Assembly (NCBI RefSeq): GCF_001306055.1
Contig: NZ_LGHJ01000023.1
Span: 30,001 to 62,000 of the forward strand
DNA from: Bellilinea caldifistulae
GTDB lineage: Bacteria; Chloroflexota; Anaerolineae; Anaerolineales; Anaerolineaceae
DNA: 32,000 nt
Reading direction: 5' to 3'
Positions 1 to 8,361 of the stretch are shown piece by piece. The position numbers were made by a program, and so were the translations under genes. A model generated the notes under the pieces. That model was not told the DNA's origin. It saw only the letters and a program-made list of their open reading frames with translations, and did no database searches. Position 1 is the stretch's first letter. The number at the start of each line of letters is the position of its first letter.

Positions 1-842
1 TGATTTTGACTTTTGACGGAGAGCGAGTTTCAAAAGCCAGTATCACTTTGGGGGCAGTGGCTCCTACCATTATTCACGCGCCAGAGGCGGAAGAATATTT
101 AGTTGGTAAATCCCTCTCACCGGAAGTGATTCAACAGGCTGGGCAATTAACCATGAAAGCCGCCCGGCCTATTTCGGATGTGCGCGGCTCCGCTGAATAC
201 CGCCGCAGGATAGTAGGGGTGATCACCCGACGATCTTTGACGGCGTTGGCTGCCCACCGAGAAAGGGAAGGGTTTCCACAGCGCCCGGTGTTGTTATGGG
301 GAAGCGAAAATCCTCCACGAGGACATTTGGATCACTCCATTCTCCATGAAGAAGGTGTGCCTATTGAAACAACCATCAATGGTAAACCTTATTCCATTCG
401 AGGCGGGCATCAGAAATCACTCTTGAGGTTTATCCGCGAGGATGTTGGTCTGATTGGAAGTAAAGAGGGTTGTGCCGAGGGAGAGTGCGGAGCGTGTACC
501 GTTTTTCTGGATGGTACTGCGGTGATGAGCTGCATGGTGCCCGCTACCCGTGCGCATGGCGCGCAGATCATCACGGTTGAAGGGTTAGCCAGTGACGGAA
601 CTCTTCATCCGGTTCAAAAGGCCTTTGTCCAGGATGGAGCTGTTCAGTGCGGTTATTGCACTCCGGGTTTCTTGATGTCGGCAGCCAAATTGCTTGAAGA
701 GCGCCCGACACCTACTCAAGAGGAAATTCGGCAGGCAATGACCGGAAATTTGTGCCGATGTACGGGTTATTATAAAATTATTCAGGCCGTAGAGGATGCT
801 GCTCAGTTGGCGAATAAGGGAGGAAAAAATCATGCCCAATAA
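1..842 (+). CDS. Xanthine dehydrogenase/CO dehydrogenase-family fused subunit (5'-truncated): FAD-binding medium-subunit C-terminal domain plus [2Fe-2S] small subunit
   Basis: The reading frame is open to the left window edge, so the TTG at nt 6 is not a real start. The N-part, ...DVRGSAEYRRRIVGVITRRSL, is typical of the CoxM/XdhB C-terminal domain. From about nt 360 there is a complete small-subunit module with both cluster motifs: CAEGECGACTV and CGYCTPG...CRCTGY. Stop is TAA at 840-842. Confidence 0.9.
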   Translation, partial: ILTFDGERVSKASITLGAVAPTIIHAPEAEEYLVGKSLSPEVIQQAGQLTMKAARPISDVRGSAEYRRRIVGVITRRSLTALAAHREREGFPQRPVLLWGSENPPRGHLDHSILHEEGVPIETTINGKPYSIRGGHQKSLLRFIREDVGLIGSKEGCAEGECGACTVFLDGTAVMSCMVPATRAHGAQIITVEGLASDGTLHPVQKAFVQDGAVQCGYCTPGFLMSAAKLLEERPTPTQEEIRQAMTGNLCRCTGYYKIIQAVEDAAQLANKGGKNHAQ

Positions 843-1209
843 ATATGGAAATTTACAAGCCAAGCAACAAGAGATGATGCGCGAATCGCGCAATTATGTC
901 CACCCGATTTGGCGGGGGGTTGGCTTCATTCTGATCATCCTGACGCCAATTTTGGGGTACTTTGGAACAATTGCCTTGCTGGAAGAGAACGCTCGCCAAA
1001 AATGGTTTGTTATCCCGGTTGATTTGCTTGCTCCGGGAGCCGATCCTCTGTTATTTGTCAAAATAGGGATGACCCTGATTTTGGCATTTCTCTTCTATTT
1101 CTTGTTTCAATTTATCAGCATGGTTTTGTTCAGGTTGTTGGGACCTTCTCGGTATGGTCCGTATGATGTACCCCCTGTCAGTTATCGTGGAAAAAAATAC
1201 CGGCGATGA
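832..1209 (+). CDS. Small predicted two-TM membrane protein, unknown family (about 125 aa)
   Basis: ATG at 832 lies 8 nt after GGGAGG (818-823) and overlaps the upstream stop (840-842). It is preferred over the ATG at 796, which has no RBS. Two long hydrophobic segments are present (GVGFILIILTPILGYFGTIALL and IGMTLILAFLFYFLFQFISMVLF), with a basic C-terminus (RGKKYRR). No recognisable motif. Confidence 0.6.
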   Translation: MPNKYGNLQAKQQEMMRESRNYVHPIWRGVGFILIILTPILGYFGTIALLEENARQKWFVIPVDLLAPGADPLLFVKIGMTLILAFLFYFLFQFISMVLFRLLGPSRYGPYDVPPVSYRGKKYRR

Positions 1210-1231
1210 AGTGTAAAGTGGAGGTTGAACC

Positions 1232-3445
1232 ATGAGCATAGTCGGCGAGTCTGTTGTCCGGGTTGATGCGATTGGCAAAGTCACCGGAGAAACATTGTAT
1301 CCGGGAGATTTTAATTTACCCAACCAAGCTTACATGAAAATTTTATTTGCCCAGCACCCCCACGCGATCATCAAACGATTGGATACCTCGAAAGCTGAGC
1401 AATATCCGGGTGTGCTGGCTGTATTTACGGCAAAGGATGTTCCCAATAACGAGTACGGTTTAATCATGCCGGATCAACCGGTATTGTGTGGCCCTGGCTC
1501 GACAAAACCTTTTGCCGATCGAGTGAGGTTTATTGGGGATCAGGTTGCGCTGGTGATTGCCGAAACCGAACAAATTGCCGCGGAAGCCTTGAAATTGATT
1601 GAGATTGAGTATGAAGCCTTGCCGGTGATCACCGATCCACGTGAAGCCATGAAGGCAGATGCGATCCTGATGCATCCGGACAAGGGATCCAATGTGTTTG
1701 GACGTTATCGTATTCGTAAGGGAGATGTGGAAAAAGCGTTTCAACAAGCCGATGTGATTGTTGAGGGTTACTATCAAACGCCAGCGCAGGAACACGCTTA
1801 TCTCCAGCCGGAGGCGGGTTTAAGTTTTATAGATGAAGCAGGCAGAGTAACTATTATCGTTGGGGGGCAATGGACGCATGAAGATCAGGAACAAATTGCC
1901 CATGCGCTGGCTTTGCCGCTGGATCAGGTGCGGGTAATTTACCCGGCGATTGGTGGGGCCTTTGGCGGTCGAGAGGATATGTCGGTTCAGGTTGTACTGG
2001 CTCTGGCGGCCTGGCGGCTTCATCAACGCGGAATCAACCGTCCAGTAAAGATTATCTGGTCAAGAGAAGAATCGATCATTGGTCATCACAAACGTCATCC
2101 CTACTTCATCCGGGCTAAGTGGGGGGCGAAGCGGGATGGTAAGGTGATTGCAGCCGAAATGGAAGTTATCGCCGATGGCGGAGCATATGCGTATACTTCT
2201 ACAAAAGTCTTGGGAAATGCAACCTTGATGTGCACCGGGCCGTATCTGATTCCGAATGTCAAGGTTGATTCCTACGCAGTTTATACCAACAACCTCCCCA
2301 ATGGAGCATTCCGCGGGTTTGGCGGACCGCAGGGAGCCTTTGCTGCTGAAATGCAAATGAACAAACTGGCAGAAAGATTGGGAATTGACCCGGTTGAAAT
2401 TCGGATGCGCAACTTACTGGACGAAGGAGACCTGCTTTCTGTGGGAACTCCGCTGCCACCCGGAGTCAGTATCAAGAAGGTTGTGGAAGCGTGTGCCAAA
2501 GCCGCCGGCTGGGAAAAGGGCGAAAATGGCTGGCACCGTCCCGCCGGATTTCAGGTGGAAACCGGAAATCCATCCTTGAAGCGTGGTATTGGATTTGCCT
2601 GTGCTTTCAAGAATGTTGGATTCTCGTTTGGCGCACCGGAAAATTGCTGGGCTATTGTTGAATTGCACGGAGATGCCGAGATTGAAAAGGCGGTGTTATA
2701 CCATGCCGCGGCTGAAGTTGGGCAAGGTTCCCACACGGTGCTGGTGCAAATGGCAGCCGAAGCCTTGGGGCTGCCAATGGAAAAGGTGGAACTGGTAGCC
2801 GCGGATACCGCTGTTACGAAAAATTCGGGCAGTGTTTCAGCATCCCGAATGACCTTCATGGCTGGAAATGCTATCCGGGGTGCGGCAGAAAGAGCTTTGG
2901 AAGCATGGAAAAACGAAGAGCGGCCGGCAAGAGCAGAATTTCAATACCGTCCTCCGAAAACGACCCCGTATGATCCGGAGACCGGAAAATCGGAACCCAA
3001 TTTTGCCTATGGTTATGTGGCCGAAGCGGTAGAAGTGGAGGTGGATATCGAAACTGGCCAGGTGAGGCTGGTGAAGGTAATCTGTGCCGATGATGTGGGT
3101 AAAGCGGTCAATCCACAACAGGTGCAGGGGCAGGTAGAAGGGGCTGTGGTGCAAGCCGCCGGCTATGCAATTTTAGAAAACTTCATTCAACAAGACGGGC
3201 AGGTATTGACCAAAACACTATCTACCTACTTAATTCCCACGATTCTGGATATACCAGAAAAAGTCCAATCCATTGTATTGGAGTATGCTGATCCACGAGG
3301 ACCGTGGGGCGCGCGTGGCATGGGAGAAATGCCCTATCTTCCGCTTGCGCCAGCTGTAGGAGCAGCCATACGCAATGCAACCGGAAGGTGGTTTGACCAA
3401 TTCCCCTACACGCCGGAAAGAATTTTGTCAGGACTGGAAGAATAG
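1232..3445 (+). CDS. Molybdopterin-binding large subunit of a xanthine dehydrogenase/aldehyde oxidase-family molybdenum hydroxylase
   Basis: 737 aa. GGAGG lies 7 nt upstream of the ATG. Family motifs present: [23 protein letters not shown], and the C-terminal [10 protein letters not shown] containing the catalytic Glu. No CoxL-type VAYRCSFR loop is seen. Confidence 0.95.
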   Translation: MSIVGESVVRVDAIGKVTGETLYPGDFNLPNQAYMKILFAQHPHAIIKRLDTSKAEQYPGVLAVFTAKDVPNNEYGLIMPDQPVLCGPGSTKPFADRVRFIGDQVALVIAETEQIAAEALKLIEIEYEALPVITDPREAMKADAILMHPDKGSNVFGRYRIRKGDVEKAFQQADVIVEGYYQTPAQEHAYLQPEAGLSFIDEAGRVTIIVGGQWTHEDQEQIAHALALPLDQVRVIYPAIGGAFGGREDMSVQVVLALAAWRLHQRGINRPVKIIWSREESIIGHHKRHPYFIRAKWGAKRDGKVIAAEMEVIADGGAYAYTSTKVLGNATLMCTGPYLIPNVKVDSYAVYTNNLPNGAFRGFGGPQGAFAAEMQMNKLAERLGIDPVEIRMRNLLDEGDLLSVGTPLPPGVSIKKVVEACAKAAGWEKGENGWHRPAGFQVETGNPSLKRGIGFACAFKNVGFSFGAPENCWAIVELHGDAEIEKAVLYHAAAEVGQGSHTVLVQMAAEALGLPMEKVELVAADTAVTKNSGSVSASRMTFMAGNAIRGAAERALEAWKNEERPARAEFQYRPPKTTPYDPETGKSEPNFAYGYVAEAVEVEVDIETGQVRLVKVICADDVGKAVNPQQVQGQVEGAVVQAAGYAILENFIQQDGQVLTKTLSTYLIPTILDIPEKVQSIVLEYADPRGPWGARGMGEMPYLPLAPAVGAAIRNATGRWFDQFPYTPERILSGLEE

Positions 3446-3464
3446 CCCTTTAGCGAGCCTTTCG

Positions 3465-4274
3465 ATGTCTGATTTGAGAGTGCTCATCCGCGGCGGCGGG
3501 GATTTGGGTAGTGGTGTTGGGGTGCGTCTTTATCGTGCCGGAGCGCAGGTAGTTTTTACCGAATTGGCCATGCCGCTGGTTGTTCGGCGTTTCGTTTCTT
3601 TTGCGGAAGCGGTCATCAGCGGGTCAACTTTTGTAGAAGAGGTAAAAGCACAAAAGGCTACTTCCAAAGAGGAAGTTTTTTTCCTGCTGGAACAACAAAT
3701 TGTACCGGTTTTGATAGACCCACAAGCAGAAACAATCCAGTGGTTGAAACCCGATGTTCTCGTGGATGCCCGATTGAGGAAAGTCCCCCCTGAAATCAAC
3801 ATGGAAGCTGCCTCACTGGTGATTGGATTGGGCCCGGGGTTCACGGTTGGGTTGAATTGTCATGCCATTGTTGAAACGAAACGAGGCCCTACGCTGGGCA
3901 GAGTGTATTGGAACGGTACAGCTGAAGCGGATAGCGGTTTACCTGAGGGGGTCAACGGATATGTGGAGGAGCGGGTGTTGAGGGCGCCGCGGGATGGCTA
4001 TTTTAATCCCTTAGTAAGAATTTGCGATTTTGTTACCAAGGGTCAACCGGTTGCTGAGGTGGGCGGCGTGCCGATTGTTGCACAATTTGATGGAGTAATC
4101 CGCGGGCTGGTGGTGGAAGGATTGCCGGTCACAAAAGGCATGAAAGTGGGTGATGTTGACCCGCGAAAAGATCCGCGTTTATGCAATCTGGTTTCCGATA
4201 AATCCTTAGCGGTGGGCGGAGGTGCGCTGGAGGCAGTGCTTTCTATCCCTGAATTGCGTCGTAAATTATGTTGA
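3465..4274 (+). CDS. yqeB: Selenium-dependent molybdenum hydroxylase system protein, YqeB (EF2563) family
   Basis: Start chosen at ATG 3465 (MSDLRVLIRGGGDLGSGVGVRLYRAG), a Rossmann-like GxGxxG N-terminus typical of the short YqeB family (TIGR03309 type). The ORF-track start at 3375 would overlap the Mo subunit by 70 nt. Context supports the call: directly downstream of an XDH-family enzyme and upstream of yqeC. Confidence 0.75.
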   Translation: MSDLRVLIRGGGDLGSGVGVRLYRAGAQVVFTELAMPLVVRRFVSFAEAVISGSTFVEEVKAQKATSKEEVFFLLEQQIVPVLIDPQAETIQWLKPDVLVDARLRKVPPEINMEAASLVIGLGPGFTVGLNCHAIVETKRGPTLGRVYWNGTAEADSGLPEGVNGYVEERVLRAPRDGYFNPLVRICDFVTKGQPVAEVGGVPIVAQFDGVIRGLVVEGLPVTKGMKVGDVDPRKDPRLCNLVSDKSLAVGGGALEAVLSIPELRRKLC

Positions 4275-4281
4275 ATCAGAT

Positions 4282-5619
4282 ATGCGCCTGAGGGATTGCT
4301 TGAGAATTGACCACACAAGTCGGGCTGCCATTGTAGGAGCGGGCGGGAAAAGCACCATTCTTTTTAATGCTGCGAAAGAATTTGATTCACCAGTGGTACT
4401 GGCCGCCACGGCTCATCTTTGCACCGACCAACTCAGACTCGCAGATACGCATCGGGTCATTGAAAAGCCTGCCGATGTCAGTTTGATATTTCAAAAATCC
4501 ATACGAGGGACGATTCTCCTGACCGGCCCAGTGGGGGAAAGGGATCGAACCCATGGTTTGTCGGTAGAAGAGATTGACCTGGTTCGGGAAAATTGCGACC
4601 GTTACGGCCTGCCGCTACTCATTGAAGCGGACGGCTCACGCCGATTGCCCCTCAAAGCCCCTGCTGAACATGAACCGCCGATACCCGGTTGGGTCAATCA
4701 CGTTGTGGTCGTTTCAGGTCTTTCAGCCTTGGGTAAAGCGCTCAGCGAGGAGGTAGTTTTTCGGGCGGGTCGTTTTGCTGAAATTGCCGGCAGTCAGATG
4801 GGGGAAAGAATTAATTTGGCGATGTTAAAAAATTATCTGCTTTCGGAAAAAGGCGGATTAAAAAATATTCCGAAAGATGCCATCAGAAGTGTCTTTTTCA
4901 ATCAGCTGGATCAGGTGGTCATTAGCCGTTTGGAAAAGGAAATTCTTTCTAAAGAATTGCTTAACAGATTTGATCAAGTTATTTGGGGTGAGGCTGCTCG
5001 TCCCCAATCTGAAGAAAGGGTAGTTGAAAGGTATGAGCGAGTAGGGGGAATTGTACTGGCTGCAGGTGGTTCAAGAAGGTTTGGTAAGCCAAAACAACTG
5101 CTGGAATGGAAGGGAAAACCCTTTCTCTGGCATGTGATTCACAAGGGACTTCTTTCCGGCTTGGATCCCATTGTGGTTGTCACTGGCGCCAATCACGAAT
5201 TGGTAGAAGATGCCATTTCGGGTTTACCGGTTATGCAGGTTCATAATCCGGATTGGGAAAGGGGGTTAAGCACCTCAGTTCGGCGGGGGTTGGAAAAAAT
5301 TGCCGATCAAATTGGTGCAGCGGTCTTTTTGATGAGTGATGTGCCCCAAGTTCCGGTTCAACTCATCGAGAAACTGATTCTTGCACATCGAACGAAAAGC
5401 GGCTTTATCTTTTCGGCCGCAACCCAGGGTCAATTTATCAATCCGGTTTTGTTTGACCGGCGTTGTTTTGAGGATTTGTTGAAACTGGAAGGGGATCGCG
5501 GCGGAAAAGTTTTATTCCAAAAATATCCTGTTGAAGCAATAGAATGGGGTAACGCGGAAGAGGTAAAGGACATTGACCGTAAAGAAGATTATGAGTGGTT
5601 AAGAGGTTGGAATGGATGA
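4282..5619 (+). CDS. yqeC: Fusion protein: YqeC-family selenium cofactor biosynthesis protein (N-terminal) plus MocA/MobA-like molybdenum cofactor nucleotidyltransferase (C-terminal)
   Basis: Start chosen at ATG 4282 (MRLRDCL...). The N-terminal half has the YqeC hallmarks IVGAGGKST (P-loop-like) and LLIEADGSRRLPLKAPAEHEPPIPG...VSGLSALGK. From about nt 5041 the C-terminal half shows the MobA-like NTP-transferase motif GIVLAAGGSRRFGKPKQLLEWKGKP and LMSDVPQV. Confidence 0.8.
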   Translation: MRLRDCLRIDHTSRAAIVGAGGKSTILFNAAKEFDSPVVLAATAHLCTDQLRLADTHRVIEKPADVSLIFQKSIRGTILLTGPVGERDRTHGLSVEEIDLVRENCDRYGLPLLIEADGSRRLPLKAPAEHEPPIPGWVNHVVVVSGLSALGKALSEEVVFRAGRFAEIAGSQMGERINLAMLKNYLLSEKGGLKNIPKDAIRSVFFNQLDQVVISRLEKEILSKELLNRFDQVIWGEAARPQSEERVVERYERVGGIVLAAGGSRRFGKPKQLLEWKGKPFLWHVIHKGLLSGLDPIVVVTGANHELVEDAISGLPVMQVHNPDWERGLSTSVRRGLEKIADQIGAAVFLMSDVPQVPVQLIEKLILAHRTKSGFIFSAATQGQFINPVLFDRRCFEDLLKLEGDRGGKVLFQKYPVEAIEWGNAEEVKDIDRKEDYEWLRGWNG

Positions 5620-6229
5620 CAGATTGCGCATAGCCAATAAAGTGGCAGCGGTGGTTTTGGCGGCTGGCCTTTCAACCAGAATGGGGCAGCCAAAATTATT
5701 ACTCGATTGGGACGGTAAGACCGTTATTCAGACGGTTTTAGAAACATTGCATAATGCGGGTATTGAAAGGATTTACACTGTTGTTGGCGCCAATCGAGAG
5801 GCTGTCCAAGAATGTATTTATTCCTTGTCGTTCCCGGTTGAGACAATTTTTAACCCCAACTACTCCAATGGAGAAATGACCGATTCGATTAAGGTGGGAA
5901 TTCAATCCGTTCAACGCGACGCCGAGGCGGTGTTGATCGTGCTGGGTGATCAGCCGCAGATGATGGCAGAAGTTATCCGCGGAGTTCTGAATGCCTACCA
6001 AAAAACCGGCTCGAAAATTATTGTGCCAAGTTACCAATTTCGACGGGGGCACCCCTGGTTGATTGATCGGAGTTTATGGGGTGAATTAGAAAATCTCAAT
6101 CCCTCTTATACCTTGCGGGATTTTTTACGAAAGCATCAGGATGAGATTCACTATTTTGAGGTGGACACTCCCACCGTTTTGCAAGATTTAGATACACCGC
6201 AGGATTATCAGCAGTTTAAACCTTCATGA
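5612..6229 (+). CDS. mocA: MocA/MobA-like molybdenum cofactor cytidylyl/guanylyl-transferase (stand-alone)
   Basis: 205 aa. Motifs AAVVLAAGLSTRMGQPKLLLDWDGK and LVLGDQPQ are present. The ATG at 5612 overlaps the upstream stop by 8 nt (ATGGATGA). Confidence 0.85.
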   Translation: MDDRLRIANKVAAVVLAAGLSTRMGQPKLLLDWDGKTVIQTVLETLHNAGIERIYTVVGANREAVQECIYSLSFPVETIFNPNYSNGEMTDSIKVGIQSVQRDAEAVLIVLGDQPQMMAEVIRGVLNAYQKTGSKIIVPSYQFRRGHPWLIDRSLWGELENLNPSYTLRDFLRKHQDEIHYFEVDTPTVLQDLDTPQDYQQFKPS

Positions 6230-6230
6230 G

Positions 6231-7424
6231 TCAGGGAGAGTTTTTCGATCTAAGAGCCTGTAGGGCAGCTTGTATATACCTTCCATTGAGATTTTCGGTT
6301 GTCTCGTTCTCGACCCAGATATCCGGTAAAACACCATGATCACGAATGGGCGGTATGAGTCCCGGAATCTCCCATTCTGCCGCAGTAATATGTAATGATG
6401 AACCATCCGGCAGATCAAACACCAGCTGGATCGTATACTTTCCAAAGGTTGGTGTGCCAATTAAGGTGGCTCGCTGTTGGGCTTTGAGAGCACCGGCAGT
6501 GATTTCGGCGGCGCTGGCTGTGGAATTATTAATCAACACGACCAGTGGAATTTGAGTGAAAGGCCCATCTTTCTCGGCTTGAATGGTTTGGGGTTGTTTA
6601 TCTCGATAAGTTTGAGTCAAAACCGGACTGCCAGCGGGTAGGAATAATTCAGCAATTTTAATGCCTGTATCTACCAATCCGCCACCATTATTGCGCAAAT
6701 CCAGGATGAAAGAAACAGCACCATGCAAGGTCAAATCTTCAATCGCTTTTTTGATTTCATCCGGAGTTGTTGAGGACATTAAGTTAACTTGAATGTGCCC
6801 AACGAGTTTATCTTCCGGTAGTAAATTCCACGTGACAGAGGGGAGGGCAATCTCCTCTCGAGTGATTTGAAAACGGTATTCTCTTTGATCATGTTCACGG
6901 AAAATCACTAAACGGACTGAAGTACCCTTGTCGCCTCTCAATAGCGCGAGGACGTCATCCTGCGGCATGTCGGCGCGTATTTCAACTTCATCAATTGAAA
7001 GTAAAATATCCCCATCTTGTATGCCAGAGCGTTTGGCGGGAGAATCCTCGAATGGAAATAATCGGTATTGATTTTGGGAATCGCGTTCAATTCGAGCGCC
7101 AATTCCACCAAATTTTCCGCGTAGTTGCTGACTTTGTAATTCGTGCTGGGGTGGCTCTACAAAAATCGTGTAAGGATCATCGTATGCTTGTAAGAGACCG
7201 CGTATCATCCCATATTCGATATTTTTCTGCTCCGGTAAGGGATAAGAACCATGCTCAACCAGCAAATCGTAGGCTTGTTGGAATAGTGGAAAGGCGTTCG
7301 TGGTGATGGGGACGATTTGTCGGTCGCGAATCAAATACCCCATAGCCAGTCCAACACCAAAGGTAAGTAGGAAAATCAACCATACCAGCGTGTAGAATCG
7401 AAAGTTTGATGATTTAGTTCTCAC
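6231..7424 (-). CDS. S41-family carboxyl-terminal processing peptidase (PDZ-containing), N-terminally membrane-anchored
   Basis: GTG start at 7424. N-terminal TM segment (YTLVWLIFLLTFGVGLAMGYLI). A PDZ-like segment (GGIGARIE...GDILLSIDEVEI) is followed by LDLRNNGGG, the catalytic Ser context NNSTASAAEI and the Lys context GTPTFGK. Confidence 0.9.
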   Translation of the reverse strand: MRTKSSNFRFYTLVWLIFLLTFGVGLAMGYLIRDRQIVPITTNAFPLFQQAYDLLVEHGSYPLPEQKNIEYGMIRGLLQAYDDPYTIFVEPPQHELQSQQLRGKFGGIGARIERDSQNQYRLFPFEDSPAKRSGIQDGDILLSIDEVEIRADMPQDDVLALLRGDKGTSVRLVIFREHDQREYRFQITREEIALPSVTWNLLPEDKLVGHIQVNLMSSTTPDEIKKAIEDLTLHGAVSFILDLRNNGGGLVDTGIKIAELFLPAGSPVLTQTYRDKQPQTIQAEKDGPFTQIPLVVLINNSTASAAEITAGALKAQQRATLIGTPTFGKYTIQLVFDLPDGSSLHITAAEWEIPGLIPPIRDHGVLPDIWVENETTENLNGRYIQAALQALRSKNSP

Positions 7425-7468
7425 TTGAAAACCTTTTATTTGATCTGATCATAATTCTTCTAAACCGG

Positions 7469-7474
7469 TATAAT
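7469..7474 (+). promoter_or_regulatory. Candidate -10 hexamer (TATAAT) for the aminotransferase gene
   Basis: Perfect TATAAT lies 33 nt upstream of the ATG at 7507, in the divergent intergenic region. A weak -35-like TGATCA sits 17 nt upstream (7446-7451). Confidence 0.3.
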
Positions 7475-7506
7475 CCGGCAGAAACGGAAGGCAAAGGTGA
7501 AATAGC

Positions 7507-8361
7507 ATGGTGTCTGCGTATTGTATCACCCAAACGAAGGATGATTTTTCTCTCAAGCCAGTATTTGAAGGGATTGATTTACGCTCATTGGATCAAGCTA
7601 ATCGCTTAATACCTGATGGAGTTTATACTACTTTTCGTACTTATGACAAATTCTATGTACTGGATTTGGAAGGACACTTTAACCGTTTAGAAGAATCGGC
7701 AAGACTGCTCCAAAAAGATATCATCCTGAAACGAGCGGAAATTCGAGGAACTTTACGAGAATTACTTAAAAATTTTCCGGCTAATGAAGCCCGAGTACGC
7801 ATCAGTGTACCGCTTACTTCTACCGTTCCGCATGTAATCGAAATTTATGTCTTTTTTGAAACTCTGGTTGTGCCTTCCTTTGAAGATTATCAAAATGGGG
7901 GGCGAGTGATTACCATACGGATGCAACGCGACAATCCCGCTGCCAAGACTACAACGTTCATCCATACTGCTGATGATATCCGTCAAAACTTACCGCCAGA
8001 AATCAATGAAGTAATCATGGTTGATGAAAGCGGAAGAATGCTGGAGGGTTTAAGCAGTAATTTCTTTGCAGTTAAGAACGGAGTGGTGTTTACTGACAAC
8101 ACGAATGTTCTGCCTGGAATTACTCGAAAACATGTCCTTGAGATTATTAATGAGATGGGAATTCCGCTGCGTTGCGAAGGTGCTCTTTATGCAGAATTAA
8201 AAAACCTTGATGAGGCATTTATCACCAGTACCAGCCGAGGGGTTTTACCTGTTCGTCAAATAGATGATCACATGATTGGATCTGGAAAAGTCGGTGAATT
8301 AACCCGAAGAATTATGGAACGCTATCAGGAGCAAATCAAACGGATGGTAGAGCCTATTTAA
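7507..8361 (+). CDS. Class IV (fold-type IV) PLP aminotransferase: branched-chain/D-amino-acid aminotransferase or aminodeoxychorismate lyase-like
   Basis: 284 aa. Family-typical segments are EGLSSNFFAVKNGVVFT, VLPGITRKHVLEI and ITSTSRGVLPV. Confidence 0.8.
   Translation: MVSAYCITQTKDDFSLKPVFEGIDLRSLDQANRLIPDGVYTTFRTYDKFYVLDLEGHFNRLEESARLLQKDIILKRAEIRGTLRELLKNFPANEARVRISVPLTSTVPHVIEIYVFFETLVVPSFEDYQNGGRVITIRMQRDNPAAKTTTFIHTADDIRQNLPPEINEVIMVDESGRMLEGLSSNFFAVKNGVVFTDNTNVLPGITRKHVLEIINEMGIPLRCEGALYAELKNLDEAFITSTSRGVLPVRQIDDHMIGSGKVGELTRRIMERYQEQIKRMVEPI

Noticed and set aside
1460-3154. Multiple 60-110-aa antisense or out-of-frame ORFs inside the Mo-subunit gene. Similar ones occur inside mrfA, the MFS gene, pckA, the lipoprotein gene, the HD-GYP gene and the amine oxidase gene.
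   Set aside because: They lie wholly within strongly supported CDSs, have low-complexity or Arg/Pro/Ser-rich translations and no RBS or motifs. These are typical shadow ORFs.
3375-3464. Upstream extension of the yqeB ORF overlapping the Mo-subunit gene by 70 nt. The same issue applies to 4222-4281 (yqeC), 796-831 (membrane ORF), 10257-10307 (mrfB) and 12848-12934 (MFS).
   Set aside because: In each case an internal ATG gives a family-typical N-terminus, removes a long overlap with the neighbouring gene, and in several cases has a better RBS. The extensions are most likely ORF-caller artefacts.
1-6229. Possible selenocysteine recoding (in-frame TGA with SECIS) in the Se-related hydroxylase locus
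   Set aside because: All ORFs in the locus are continuous, with no split gene halves flanking a TGA. Selenium-dependent molybdenum hydroxylase enzymes use a labile, non-Sec selenium ligand, so recoding is not expected.
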